Positions 50,286-59,806 of a stretch of DNA of 64,000 nucleotides are shown here, piece after piece; the first letter of the stretch is position 1, and every line of letters begins with the position of its first letter. Where the stretch lies: contig CAVYTA010000006.1 in assembly GCA_963771355.1 (NCBI GenBank), forward strand, positions 704,001 through 768,000, written 5' to 3'. This DNA is from an uncultured Candidatus Rokubacteria bacterium. GTDB lineage: Bacteria; Methylomirabilota; Methylomirabilia; Rokubacteriales; CSP1-6. Below the pieces are notes generated by a model that was given only the letters and a program-made list of their open reading frames with translations, was not told the origin of the DNA and did not search any database. The position numbers and the translations under genes are program-made.

Positions 50286-52132
50286 GCCGCGCGGCCCTCC
50301 ACGTGCCGGCGATACCAGAGGTACAGCATCAGCACGTTCCAGAGCTGATCCCCGTAATACGGGGTCGAATCGGCGCCATGCAACTCGAACAGGCGTTCCA
50401 GCCCCTCCGGTCGGAAGAAACCGAGCCCTCGCGCCCACGGCGACAGCAGAGTTTCACGCGCGAGGTCCCGGAAGCCCGGGTGGTCGCGGAGCCAGTCGCT
50501 CGTCGGCACGCCGAAGCCGTGCTTGCGCTTGGCCAGGATCTCGGCGGGGAGCAGCTCGCCGAAGGCACGCTTGAAGAGGTATCGCTTCTCCATCCCCCGG
50601 ACCTTGAAATCGGCGGGCAGCGTCCCGGTGAACTCCACCAGGAGCCGGTCGAGGAAGGGAAAGCGGACGCCGACTCCCGCGAGCTCCGCCGTCCGCGTCA
50701 CCTTGAGCAGATCGTTGTCGGCCAGGGTGAGCTTCATGTCCATGTACATGATCCGGTTCAGCTCGCTGGTGGCTCGGACGCGGCCGAAGTGCTCCTCCAC
50801 CACGCGCCAGGGCGCCTGGAGATCGCAGGCGCGGAGGAAGTCCGGGGCGAGATAGCGCTGTCCCTCGCCGGCGAAGTAGAACCGGTACGAGTAGAGTCGC
50901 CGCGGGTTCGGGATATTGGCGCGGCGGACATAGCGCTGCGCCTTTCCGACCGGCGTGCCGGCACCGTCGGGGAAGAGCCGGAGGGCGGGCTCGATGAGGC
51001 CACGGCGGACGAAGGCGGGGACGCGCTGATATCGCGCGAAGATCCGGTCGCTCGCGTAGCGCTCGTTGCCGCCGAAGATCTCGTCGCCGCCGTCCCCGGC
51101 CAAAAGCCGGGAAACTCCGGAGTCGCGGGCGAGCTTGGCGCAGAAGTAGGTCCCGATGGCCGAGTTGTTTCCGAACGGCTCGTCGTACGCCTCGACGAGG
51201 CGGGGGAGCAGCCCCAGCGCCTCTTCCGGGGTGATGATGTGCTTGTAGTGGGCGGCGCCGAACTTCTGCGCGGCGAGGTCGGCGTAGTGCAGCTCGTCGT
51301 AGCGCGCCTCGCGGAATCCGATGGAGAAGGCGTTGACCCGCTCGCCGCTGAGCCGGGCCATATAGCCGAGCACCGTGCTGCTGTCGGTGCCGCCGGAGAG
51401 AAACGCGCCCGTCTCCTTGACCGGCGCGCCGGTCAGGGCCGCGGCCACTGATTCCTCCACCATCTGCCGGGTCGCCGTCTCGCCCTCGCGCCGGCCGAGG
51501 CGACGCTCGGGATACTCCACGTCCCAGTACGGCGAGGACGACGCCTCGCCGTTCCGGATGGTGAGGAGGTGGCCCGGGGGGAGCCGTTGTATGCCCTCGA
51601 AGGCGGAGCCGGGCGCGGGGACGAATCCGAAATTGAGATAGTCGTACACCATCCCCGGGGCCACCGTGGCCCGAACGCCGGGCACCGCCAGGAGTGCGCT
51701 GGGCCTGCTTGCGAAGGCCACGCCGTCGGGCGTCGTCGCATAGTAGAGCCGCCGCATCCCGAAATGGTCCACCGCGAGCCAGACGGCGCCCTGCCGGGGA
51801 TCCCAGAGCGCCACCGCGAAAGCTCCGCGTAGGCGGCGAAGGCCCTGCCAGCCCTCGAGCTCGAACAGCCGCGCCAGCACCTCGTAGACGACGGTCAACC
51901 CGGTGAGGGCGCGCAGCTCGGCGAGATTCACCAGGTCCAGATCGGCGGCGGCAACGGTGGCCTCGGTGCGCTTGGGCGGCTTGGCACCCGCGGCGGTGAA
52001 GAAGCCCACCGGCCCGGTGGCGATGGTGAGCGGCTCCCCGGAGCCGGGCACGCGTGCGGCCATGGCCTCGAGCAGCGGGCGGCCCACGGGGCGCGCCCGA
52101 TCGCGGTGGACGAGTCCTCCGAGAAGGCTCAT
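50282..52132 (-). CDS. Asparagine synthase-related protein lacking the N-terminal Cys
   Basis: Starts MSLLGG; GAFAVALWD, FLSGGTDSS, EPFGNNS, GDGGDEIFGGN and KHGFGVP. Confidence 0.85.
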   Translation of the reverse strand: MSLLGGLVHRDRARPVGRPLLEAMAARVPGSGEPLTIATGPVGFFTAAGAKPPKRTEATVAAADLDLVNLAELRALTGLTVVYEVLARLFELEGWQGLRRLRGAFAVALWDPRQGAVWLAVDHFGMRRLYYATTPDGVAFASRPSALLAVPGVRATVAPGMVYDYLNFGFVPAPGSAFEGIQRLPPGHLLTIRNGEASSSPYWDVEYPERRLGRREGETATRQMVEESVAAALTGAPVKETGAFLSGGTDSSTVLGYMARLSGERVNAFSIGFREARYDELHYADLAAQKFGAAHYKHIITPEEALGLLPRLVEAYDEPFGNNSAIGTYFCAKLARDSGVSRLLAGDGGDEIFGGNERYASDRIFARYQRVPAFVRRGLIEPALRLFPDGAGTPVGKAQRYVRRANIPNPRRLYSYRFYFAGEGQRYLAPDFLRACDLQAPWRVVEEHFGRVRATSELNRIMYMDMKLTLADNDLLKVTRTAELAGVGVRFPFLDRLLVEFTGTLPADFKVRGMEKRYLFKRAFGELLPAEILAKRKHGFGVPTSDWLRDHPGFRDLARETLLSPWARGLGFFRPEGLERLFELHGADSTPYYGDQLWNVLMLYLWYRRHVEGRAA

Positions 52133-53229
52133 CCGAGGCGCTCTCGCAGCCGGCGGACGGCGGGAAACACCACCGTATCGAGGGAGTGGAGCAGGCGCCC
52201 ATAGACGCCGGTCCGGTAGATCATGAGGTGCACCGCCTCGTGATTGCCCGTCGCCCAACGAAGCTTGTAGTCATTCAGCCCGGGCCCCATGTCGTACTCG
52301 TGGAGACCCCCTCGCTCGAATAGCGCGCGCGCGATCGCGAAGTTCAGCGCGCTCCCCGGTGAGACGTCGCGGTGGGCGAGGTCGAAGTCGGCTCGCAGGG
52401 CGTTGACGCGGCCCTCGTCGCGAAGCTGGTACTCCATGGCCACGAGCCGATCGTCGAGATGCAGCGTCCAGAGGGCCAGCCAACCCCGGGCCGACGCACG
52501 GCGGGTGAGGTCGGCGAAGAACCCGTGCATGTTGGGCATCGTCGCGATGGCGACCCCGCGATCGCCCTTCCAGCTCCGCCGGGACAGCTCCACCAGCTCG
52601 GCGAACAGCGGCCCCTCGGGGTCCACCTGCGTGTGCTCTTCGATGCGCACCCGCCCGGCCCGCTCGAGACGGTTCTGGATATTCCGGGACGTCTTCTTGA
52701 AGCGCTGGCTGGTTCCCTTCCAGAAGGTCTCCCAGCCGCCCTCGATGGCCAGGTACGGCGACAGCGACGCCTCCGCGCGGCGCCACGGAAAGCGTCCGGC
52801 CAGGCTTGCTTCCAGCGCTTTGAGCGTGGGGGCGGCCGCGGGTAGCTTCTGCAGGCTCGCCACATCCCAATCGCCGCGCTCGGCAAGATGGTCGAGAAGA
52901 GCGGCCATGACCGGGCGGGCGTCCCCCGCCACCAGCACATCGATGAAGGGCGTGTCGGGGCATTCGAGCAGGGCCAGCCGCCGGGTGGGGAGACCGCGCC
53001 GGCTCTCCCGCCAGCGCATCAGCGGGACCAGCGCCACCGGATGGCCGGCGTCCTCGACGACGAGCACCTCCGGTCGCCGGGAAGGTCCCACCGCGGGCCA
53101 GCAGCAGGCGAACCAGTCATGGCTGAGGAACGGAGAGGTCTGCCCGCTGCGGGCGGCGAGGTCGTTCCAGGTGGCGGCCAGGGCCCGGAAGTCGGCGTCC
53201 GTCTCGACGCGGCGCACCCGCAGACTCAT
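52129..53229 (-). CDS. GNAT family acyltransferase (CelD/BcsL-like)
   Basis: WNDL..PFLSHDW, SWK, SPG, YDMGPG and YKLRW. Confidence 0.85.
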   Translation of the reverse strand: MSLRVRRVETDADFRALAATWNDLAARSGQTSPFLSHDWFACCWPAVGPSRRPEVLVVEDAGHPVALVPLMRWRESRRGLPTRRLALLECPDTPFIDVLVAGDARPVMAALLDHLAERGDWDVASLQKLPAAAPTLKALEASLAGRFPWRRAEASLSPYLAIEGGWETFWKGTSQRFKKTSRNIQNRLERAGRVRIEEHTQVDPEGPLFAELVELSRRSWKGDRGVAIATMPNMHGFFADLTRRASARGWLALWTLHLDDRLVAMEYQLRDEGRVNALRADFDLAHRDVSPGSALNFAIARALFERGGLHEYDMGPGLNDYKLRWATGNHEAVHLMIYRTGVYGRLLHSLDTVVFPAVRRLRERLG

Positions 53230-54470
53230 GGCCCGGTGACCTCGGCCTTCGGTGTCGCGGGAGAGGCGCCGGCACGGGCGGAGGCGGGACGGACGGGGGG
53301 CGCTCCCGCGGCCTCCACCAGCGTGGCCTCGATGCGGTCGAGGACGGCGGACCAGGAATGATGTCCCTCGACGAAGGCGCGGGCGCGGGACGCCAGCACG
53401 GTTCGCGCCTCGCGATCGCGGAGCAGGCCGATGACGCGCTCCGCGAAACAAGCCGGATCGTCCTCCACCAGGAAGTGCTCGCCCGGACGGCACTCGAGGC
53501 CGCGCGCCGCCGCGCCAGTGGCCACCACCGGCACGCCGAGCGCCATCGACTGAAGCACCTTGTTCTGAATGCCCCGGGCGATGCGAAGCGGCGCCACGCA
53601 CACCGACGCCTGCCGGTAGTACGGCCGCACGTCCGGCACGGCGCCGGTGACGGTCACCCCGGGAATCTCGCCGAGCTTGCGCACCGCGGGCGCGGGATTC
53701 AACCCCACGATGAGGAAGCGGGCGCCGGGGACGGCGCGGGCCACCGCGGGGAAGATCTCCGCGCAGAAGTGTTGGACCGCATCCACGTTGGGGAAGTAGT
53801 CCATCGCGCCGGTGAAGATGACCGTGGGCGCATCGGCGGGCGGGCCGTAGCCGGCCAGATCGACGCCGTTGGGGATCACCGCGGTGCGAGCCCAGGGCGC
53901 GAAGCTCTTGAGCAGCGCCTCCTCGGCGGCGGTGGCGAGGATGCAGCGACGGCCCCAGCGCACCGCCTCGGCCTCGAAGCGGCGCAGGCGCCGGCCCTCC
54001 AGGCGGTAGGCCCACGAGATGGGCGGGCGCTGCTTGGTGGCGTATTGCGTCCACTTGTCCGAGTCCACGTCGACGAAGTCCATCACCACTGGCAGCGTGG
54101 TCCCCCGTACGTACTCGACCATGGGCGAGGAGGAGATGTACACCGCATCATAGGGCTTCTCACGCAGGCGCCGGGACACCCGGCGGGCGAGCCGGCCCGA
54201 GCGGAAGTAGGCGATGCTGAGCGAGCGGCCCATCCCGAGCCCGGCCAGGCCGCGGGCGAGCGCGGCCGGTTTCCAGAGCCCGCCCCACTCGAGGTCGGGA
54301 ATGTCCCGGCCCAGCGGGTCGAGGCCCGAGCGATCCGCCGCATCGTCGATGATGAAGCCGAGCGTCAGCTCGTGAGATCGGGCCAGGTGCCGGGCGATCT
54401 GGTACGCGCGCACCTTGTCTCCCGTATGCGGGGGATACGGTATGCGGTGGGCCAGCATCAGGATGCGCAT
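53226..54470 (-). CDS. Glycosyltransferase, PEP-CTERM/XrtA system type (GT4)
   Basis: AHRIPYPPHTGDKVR, DFVDVDSDKWTQY, FTGAMDYFPNVDAV and APLRIARGIQNKV. Confidence 0.92.
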   Translation of the reverse strand: MRILMLAHRIPYPPHTGDKVRAYQIARHLARSHELTLGFIIDDAADRSGLDPLGRDIPDLEWGGLWKPAALARGLAGLGMGRSLSIAYFRSGRLARRVSRRLREKPYDAVYISSSPMVEYVRGTTLPVVMDFVDVDSDKWTQYATKQRPPISWAYRLEGRRLRRFEAEAVRWGRRCILATAAEEALLKSFAPWARTAVIPNGVDLAGYGPPADAPTVIFTGAMDYFPNVDAVQHFCAEIFPAVARAVPGARFLIVGLNPAPAVRKLGEIPGVTVTGAVPDVRPYYRQASVCVAPLRIARGIQNKVLQSMALGVPVVATGAAARGLECRPGEHFLVEDDPACFAERVIGLLRDREARTVLASRARAFVEGHHSWSAVLDRIEATLVEAAGAPPVRPASARAGASPATPKAEVTGP

Positions 54471-54474
54471 CGGA

Positions 54475-55716
54475 TCAGGCAAAGTTCGCGCGCGCCACCC
54501 GCGCGGCGCCGGCTCCGGCGTCGCGAACCACGGGGCCGAGAACCGCGGAGTCGAGCGTCTGCGCCAGCTGTTCGACGACCACGTCCCAGGAATGGTTGGC
54601 CCGTACGAACGCCGCCCCTCGACCGCCCAGCTCGGCGCGCAGGGACGCGCTGGCGAGCAGCTCCGCCACCCGCGCCGCACAACCGGCGGGGGCGTCCTCC
54701 ACGAGGAGGTCGCGGCCCGGCTGGACCCCGAGGCCCTCGATGGCGGGGGTCGTGCTGACCACGGGAAGCCCCGAGCACATCGCCTCGAGGATGTTCATCT
54801 GCAGCTCACCGTCCGCGGCGAGGGGCGCCACGCCGATGGCGGCCCGGTGGAGAAAGGGACGCATGTCGGCGATGGCCCTCGCGACCTCCACACCCTCGAT
54901 GCGCGCGAGCCCTTCGGCGGAGGGCGCGAGCGCGCCGCCGACCGCGAGGAAGCGCGCGGCGGGGAGCCGCCGGCGTACGGCGGGGACGACGGTCCGGAAG
55001 AACTCGGCGGCGGCGACCACCTGCCGATCCGACTCGAGCGGGCTCAGGAACAGCACCGCGGGCGCGGTGGGCAGGTGCTCGGCGGGGGTGAAGAAGTCCA
55101 CGTCCACCCCGTCGGGAATGATCACCGGCACCGGACCGGCGCCCAGATCCACCGCGCGGGCGGCCTGCGGGCTGGACACGATGCGGAGCGCGGCCCGCCG
55201 AGCGATGGCTGCCTCGGCGAGGCGGAGCCGCGCCGCCTCCGTCCGATAGAAATTCGCCCCCGGAAACGAACGTTCCCGCGCCTGCCGAGACCACCAGCGG
55301 GAGCCCACGTCGCTCAGGTCGATCACCACCGGCACCCCGGGGTCGGCGTCCAGCGCGTACTGGATCATCGTCGACGAGGAGACGTAGATGAGATCGTACG
55401 ATTCGGATCGGATCCGATCGCGCAGCCGCGTGGCGAGCGCGCTGGAGCGCGCGTAGGCGAGGGTGCAGGAGTCGCCGGCCGCCAGGCTCACCGCGCTGGC
55501 GAGCGTTTTCCATCCGCGCGGCACCACCGCGAACTCGAGATCGCCGAACTCCTCGCGAAGCGCGGACACCACCCCGACGGGGTTGGGATCGTCGGTCACG
55601 AAGGCCAGGGTCAAGCGATGGCTTCGGGCCAGATGGCGCGCGAATCGCTGCTCGCGAGTTGTCTTACCGCCCCGACCCGCAAGTGGCAACGACCGGCCAA
55701 GCATCAGGATCTTCAT
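54475..55716 (-). CDS. Glycosyltransferase (GT4), divergent paralogue of the downstream gene
   Basis: Colinear with 53226..54470 (RHLARSH.LTL.F, YVSSS.M.QY, ILEAMCSGLPVV) but with eroded motifs. Confidence 0.8.
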   Translation of the reverse strand: MKILMLGRSLPLAGRGGKTTREQRFARHLARSHRLTLAFVTDDPNPVGVVSALREEFGDLEFAVVPRGWKTLASAVSLAAGDSCTLAYARSSALATRLRDRIRSESYDLIYVSSSTMIQYALDADPGVPVVIDLSDVGSRWWSRQARERSFPGANFYRTEAARLRLAEAAIARRAALRIVSSPQAARAVDLGAGPVPVIIPDGVDVDFFTPAEHLPTAPAVLFLSPLESDRQVVAAAEFFRTVVPAVRRRLPAARFLAVGGALAPSAEGLARIEGVEVARAIADMRPFLHRAAIGVAPLAADGELQMNILEAMCSGLPVVSTTPAIEGLGVQPGRDLLVEDAPAGCAARVAELLASASLRAELGGRGAAFVRANHSWDVVVEQLAQTLDSAVLGPVVRDAGAGAARVARANFA

Positions 55717-55792
55717 TTTTTGCTGACGTTCCTATCTCGGCCCCTCCAACGCGGAGGGATACGGTGTCTAGCGGCGTCCGCACAGCAATAAG

Positions 55793-55808
55793 TGCACGTT
55801 CTGTGCCA
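55793..55808 (-). promoter_or_regulatory. Internal sigma54 (-24/-12) promoter
   Basis: Minus strand reads TGGCAC-AGAAC-GTGCA with exact spacing, in the only ~100-nt gap of the minus-strand operon. Confidence 0.8.
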
Positions 55809-55814
55809 CTGATC

Positions 55815-56837
55815 TCAGGGCAAGTACCGCGTCAGTAACGGTCCGGCGAGCTTCGTCACCCCGAGCGGCAGGCGCTTCCAGGCCTCGACGGCGAGTCGCA
55901 TTCTCGGGTTGGACGGGCTCAGATTCGGCATCTTCGCGCCCTCGCGAAGAGCGTACTGATACGGCAGCGGTTGCGGCTCGAAGCCCCAGTGCCGCTTGAA
56001 GTTGTACGCGCCGGTGCCCTCACGGCTCCGGCCGAAGTCGAAGACGCGGTAACCAGCGGCGGCGACGTGGCACATGAGCGCCCAGTACATGAAATCGTTG
56101 ACCGCGTACTGGAGCCCTTCCCGGAGGGCACCCCCGTAGTAGGGCAGCGCCTGGTCCTCGTAGAGCAGGGTCAGCACCCCCGAGATCATTCGCTCGTTGC
56201 GCCATACCGTCAGCAGCTCACACTCCTTGCCGAACTCCGTGGCGAGGGCATGGAAGAGACGGCGTGGAAAGACCGGCGAGCCGAGGTTGTGCACGCTCGC
56301 CGCGTAGATCTCGTAGAAGGCGTCCAGATGCTGCATGCCCACCTCGGTGCGGAGTCCGAACTTCACCCCCTGCCGTGTCATTCGGCGCTGCTTCCGAGGG
56401 ATGGCCTCGAGGTTTTCCTCCTCCGATGCCGAGATGGGACGGCTGAACCGCACATAGAGCGACTTCGTGGGCAGATCCACCTCCTGACCGGGCCGGTGTC
56501 GAAGCTCCACGTAGTGGGCGCCGAGGCGCTGCGCGAGGGCGGTGGCCTCGGCGAGCAAGCCGTCCCGGGCGGCCGGCGTCTCCGCGCAGATACCGCCGTA
56601 CACCGCATAGGGCACGGAGACGAGCGCGCGTCCGCCCAGAAGCCCGCGGACCTCGAAGAGTGGGAGCACGCCCTCGACGCCCCCACCACGGACCGCCATC
56701 AGGTAGTGGGGCCGGTGCCCGAAGGCGGCCTCCACCGCGCGCTTCCAGGCCATCAGATGGAAGGGGCTCCCGGTGCGGCTGGCGCGGACAAACGAGTCCC
56801 AGTCGGCGCCCTGGCTTCCGAGCTCGCGGATCTCCAT
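55815..56837 (-). CDS. FemAB-related protein, PEP-CTERM/XrtA system
   Basis: GVLPL, LVSVPYAVYGG, IPRKQR, LGSPVF, PYYGG, FDFGRS, FKRHWGF and PSNP. Confidence 0.9.
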   Translation of the reverse strand: MEIRELGSQGADWDSFVRASRTGSPFHLMAWKRAVEAAFGHRPHYLMAVRGGGVEGVLPLFEVRGLLGGRALVSVPYAVYGGICAETPAARDGLLAEATALAQRLGAHYVELRHRPGQEVDLPTKSLYVRFSRPISASEEENLEAIPRKQRRMTRQGVKFGLRTEVGMQHLDAFYEIYAASVHNLGSPVFPRRLFHALATEFGKECELLTVWRNERMISGVLTLLYEDQALPYYGGALREGLQYAVNDFMYWALMCHVAAAGYRVFDFGRSREGTGAYNFKRHWGFEPQPLPYQYALREGAKMPNLSPSNPRMRLAVEAWKRLPLGVTKLAGPLLTRYLP

Positions 56838-56854
56838 GAGGGGGTTTCCGCGGC

Positions 56855-57946
56855 TCAGCGCGACGCCCCGTGAAGGAGCACGCGGACGATACGCTCGGAC
56901 GCCTTGCCATCCCAGAGCTCGGGGAGCTCGCCGGCCGGCCAGCGGCCGGTGGCGACTTCCCGCCACGCCTCGAAGATGGCCGCGGGGTCCACCCCCACGA
57001 TGCGGTTGGTGCCCCGGGTGGCGGTGATGGGCCGCTCCGTGTTCTCGCGGAGGGTGAGGCAGGGTACCCGCAAGGCGGTGGTCTCCTCCTGGATGCCCCC
57101 GGAGTCGGTGAGGACGCAGCGCGCGCTCGCCATGAGCTGGACGAAGTCGAGATAGGGCTGGGGTTCGATCAGCCGCAGGCCGCGGAGGGCGCCGATCCGG
57201 CCGTCCAGACTGGCGATGCGCGCCCGCGTACGCGGATGCACCGGGAACACCACCGGGATCTCGGCCTGGATCCGCGCGATCGCGTCCATCATCCGCCCGA
57301 GCGCTTCGGGGGTGTCCACGTTGCTCGGACGGTGGAGGGTCAGGGCCGCGTACCCGCCCGGCTCCAGCCCCAGGTCATGGAGGATGGTAGATTCGCGCGC
57401 ACGCTCGCGGTAACGGAACAGCGTGTCGATCATCACGTTGCCCACGAAGTGCACCCGCGCGGGATTCACGCCCTCGCGCGCGAGATTGTCGGCGGCGACC
57501 GGCTCGGTGGTGAAGAGGATGTCGGAGATCGAGTCGGTGAGGATGCGGTTGATCTCCTCGGGCATGGTGCGATCGCCACTGCGGAGCCCCGCTTCCACGT
57601 GCGCCAGCCGGATCCCGAGCTTCACCGCGGTGATCGCGGCGGCAAGCGTCGAGTTGACGTCTCCCACCACCACCACCCAGTCCGGCCGCCGCTCGACGAG
57701 CACAGGCTCCAGCCGCCGCATAATCTCGGCGGTCTGCCCGATGGCGGTGTCGGCGCGGGCCTCCAGGTTGACGTCGGGAGCGGGGATCTCGAGGTTCGCG
57801 AAGAAGCTCTCCGACATCTGGAGATCGTAGTGCTGACCGGTGTGGATGAGGGTGACGTCGGCTTCGGGGTACTGGCGCAACTCTGCGAGGATGGGAGCGA
57901 TCTTGACGAAGTTCGGCCGGGCGCCGACCACGGCCGCCAGCTTCAT
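56855..57946 (-). CDS. wecB: UDP-N-acetylglucosamine 2-epimerase (non-hydrolysing)
   Basis: GARPNFVK, HTGQHYD, GDVNST, HVEAGLRS, PEEINR, DSGGIQEE and TERP. Confidence 0.95.
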   Translation of the reverse strand: MKLAAVVGARPNFVKIAPILAELRQYPEADVTLIHTGQHYDLQMSESFFANLEIPAPDVNLEARADTAIGQTAEIMRRLEPVLVERRPDWVVVVGDVNSTLAAAITAVKLGIRLAHVEAGLRSGDRTMPEEINRILTDSISDILFTTEPVAADNLAREGVNPARVHFVGNVMIDTLFRYRERARESTILHDLGLEPGGYAALTLHRPSNVDTPEALGRMMDAIARIQAEIPVVFPVHPRTRARIASLDGRIGALRGLRLIEPQPYLDFVQLMASARCVLTDSGGIQEETTALRVPCLTLRENTERPITATRGTNRIVGVDPAAIFEAWREVATGRWPAGELPELWDGKASERIVRVLLHGASR

Positions 57947-58803
57947 TTGGGGTTCCCGATGGCCAGGAGCCCGATCCCCGCGAGCACCTCCGCGGCCGGA
58001 GCAAAGGCGAAGTCTCCGAGGAGCCGGGCCAGCCGCCCCTCCGTCTTGCCCACGTTGACGAGATGCCGGAAGCGGGTCAAGGGGCCCACCGGCAGTCGGG
58101 GCTGTGCGGGGTCCAGCTCCCACGGGTGGAGATAGACCATGGCCGGCTGTCCCTCGTGCCGGTTGATTCGCCGGAGCGCGCGCCGGGTGAGGGAATAGGG
58201 CATGAGTCGAAAGTAGCCGCCGCCCGCCACCGGCACTCGCCGCCCGAGCAGCGTCACGGTGGACATGGGGAACTCGGCGAGCTCGCAGCCATTGGGCGCC
58301 TTGAGCCGGTGCGGGAAGCGTGGGGCATCGGGGATACCGTATCGGTCGTGGACAATGGGGAAGATGCTCGAGTCGTACCGGAAGCCCGCCTCGCACAGCA
58401 CCTCGAGGCTCCAGAGGGTTTCCCGCATGATCGAGAAGGTGGGCGCCCGATAGCCGAGTACCGCCTGTCCGGTGGCGTTCTCGAGGGTGCTCTTCGCGCG
58501 CGTGACGTCCCGCTCGAACTCCGGGCGGGTGAGGTGCTGGATCATGCGATGCCCGTATCCGTGGCACCCGATCTCGTGTCCGAGCGAGGCGATCTCTCGG
58601 ACGAGAGCGGGAGCGCGCTCGGCGACCCAGCCCAGCACGAAGAACGTCGCCCGGACACGCTCGCGGTCCAGGACGTCGAGGATCCGCTCCGTGGAGGCCA
58701 CCACCCGGCTCTCCAGCGTGGGCCACTCCTCGGGGCGGAGCACCCGGGCAAATGCTTCCGCGTGGAAATACTCCTCGACGTCAAACGTCAGAGCGTTCTT
58801 CAC
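57943..58803 (-). CDS. XrtA-system polysaccharide deacetylase
   Basis: NALTFDVEEYF, ATFFVLGWVAER, HGYGH, GYRAPTFSI, GGGYFRL and YLHPWELD. Confidence 0.92.
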   Translation of the reverse strand: MKNALTFDVEEYFHAEAFARVLRPEEWPTLESRVVASTERILDVLDRERVRATFFVLGWVAERAPALVREIASLGHEIGCHGYGHRMIQHLTRPEFERDVTRAKSTLENATGQAVLGYRAPTFSIMRETLWSLEVLCEAGFRYDSSIFPIVHDRYGIPDAPRFPHRLKAPNGCELAEFPMSTVTLLGRRVPVAGGGYFRLMPYSLTRRALRRINRHEGQPAMVYLHPWELDPAQPRLPVGPLTRFRHLVNVGKTEGRLARLLGDFAFAPAAEVLAGIGLLAIGNPK

Positions 58804-59797
58804 GAGACCCGACCTCGGCGAGCAGCGGCTCATCCTGCTGGTCCGCCTCCGAGAAGAACTGGACGGCGTGCGCGAGCCCGGTCACGATCGATACGCGCGG
58901 GGCCCACCCGAGCAGTTCCCCCGCCAAGCCCCCATCGGCCCGCGCGAAGGAGAGCGGCTCCTCCCGCGGCCGGGCCAGACGCGGGACGGCATCGGTGCGC
59001 AGGAGCCGGTTGAGGATGCCGAGGATCTCCAGCGGAGACGTCAGCAGGCCCGAGCCCACGTTGATCGCGCGGCCCCTTGCCCCGGGGGTGGCCCCGGCGG
59101 CCACGGTGGCGCTCACCGCGTCGTCGACGTAGATGAAGTCCTGGCCGCCGCGACCATCCCCCGCGAAGGCCGGACGGCGCCCGCGACGCAACGTCTCGAT
59201 GAGGGCGGGGACGAAGGCCCCGTGAAGCACGGCGTTCTGTCGGGGTCCGTAGACGGTGAAGTAGCGGAGCAGCACCGTCTCCAGGTGCCGGGCCACGTGG
59301 TAGGCGCGGCAATAGATCTCCCCCGCGAGCTTGGAGGCGGCGAACATCGAGACCGGGGCCGGAGGGTGGTCCTCGGCAAACGGAGCGCCGTTGGCCGCTC
59401 CGTAGACGGACGCGCAGGACGCGAATACGACCCGCCGCACCCCTTCGGTGGCCGCGCCCTCGAGCACGTTGAGGGTGGCCTGCACATTCACGGTGTGGAC
59501 CTCGGTGGCTCCGTTCGCCATCGTTCCCGGCGGGAGGCCGGCCAGGTGATAGACGCAGTCGACCCGCCGCATGGCCTTGCGTACCAGCCGCTCGTCGCGG
59601 ACGTCCCCGATGACGAGCTCGATCCGGCGGCTGGGCCGTCCCGCGATCGGCCCGCGCTCGGGGCTCGCCTGGAGATTACGGAGTGAGCCCGTGGAGAGGT
59701 TATCCAGCACCCGCACGTCGATGCCCTGCTCGAGCAGGGCGTCGACGAGGTGGGAGCCGATGAACCCCGCGCCGCCGGTGACTAACGCGATACCCAT
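58781..59797 (-). CDS. NAD-dependent epimerase/dehydratase family protein (catalytic Tyr replaced by Phe)
   Basis: VTGGAGFIGSH, DNLSTG, HLA, FAASK in place of YxxSK, and LRYFTVYGPRQ. Confidence 0.88.
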   Translation of the reverse strand: MGIALVTGGAGFIGSHLVDALLEQGIDVRVLDNLSTGSLRNLQASPERGPIAGRPSRRIELVIGDVRDERLVRKAMRRVDCVYHLAGLPPGTMANGATEVHTVNVQATLNVLEGAATEGVRRVVFASCASVYGAANGAPFAEDHPPAPVSMFAASKLAGEIYCRAYHVARHLETVLLRYFTVYGPRQNAVLHGAFVPALIETLRRGRRPAFAGDGRGGQDFIYVDDAVSATVAAGATPGARGRAINVGSGLLTSPLEILGILNRLLRTDAVPRLARPREEPLSFARADGGLAGELLGWAPRVSIVTGLAHAVQFFSEADQQDEPLLAEVGSREERSDV

Positions 59798-59806
59798 GGC
59801 AACCTC

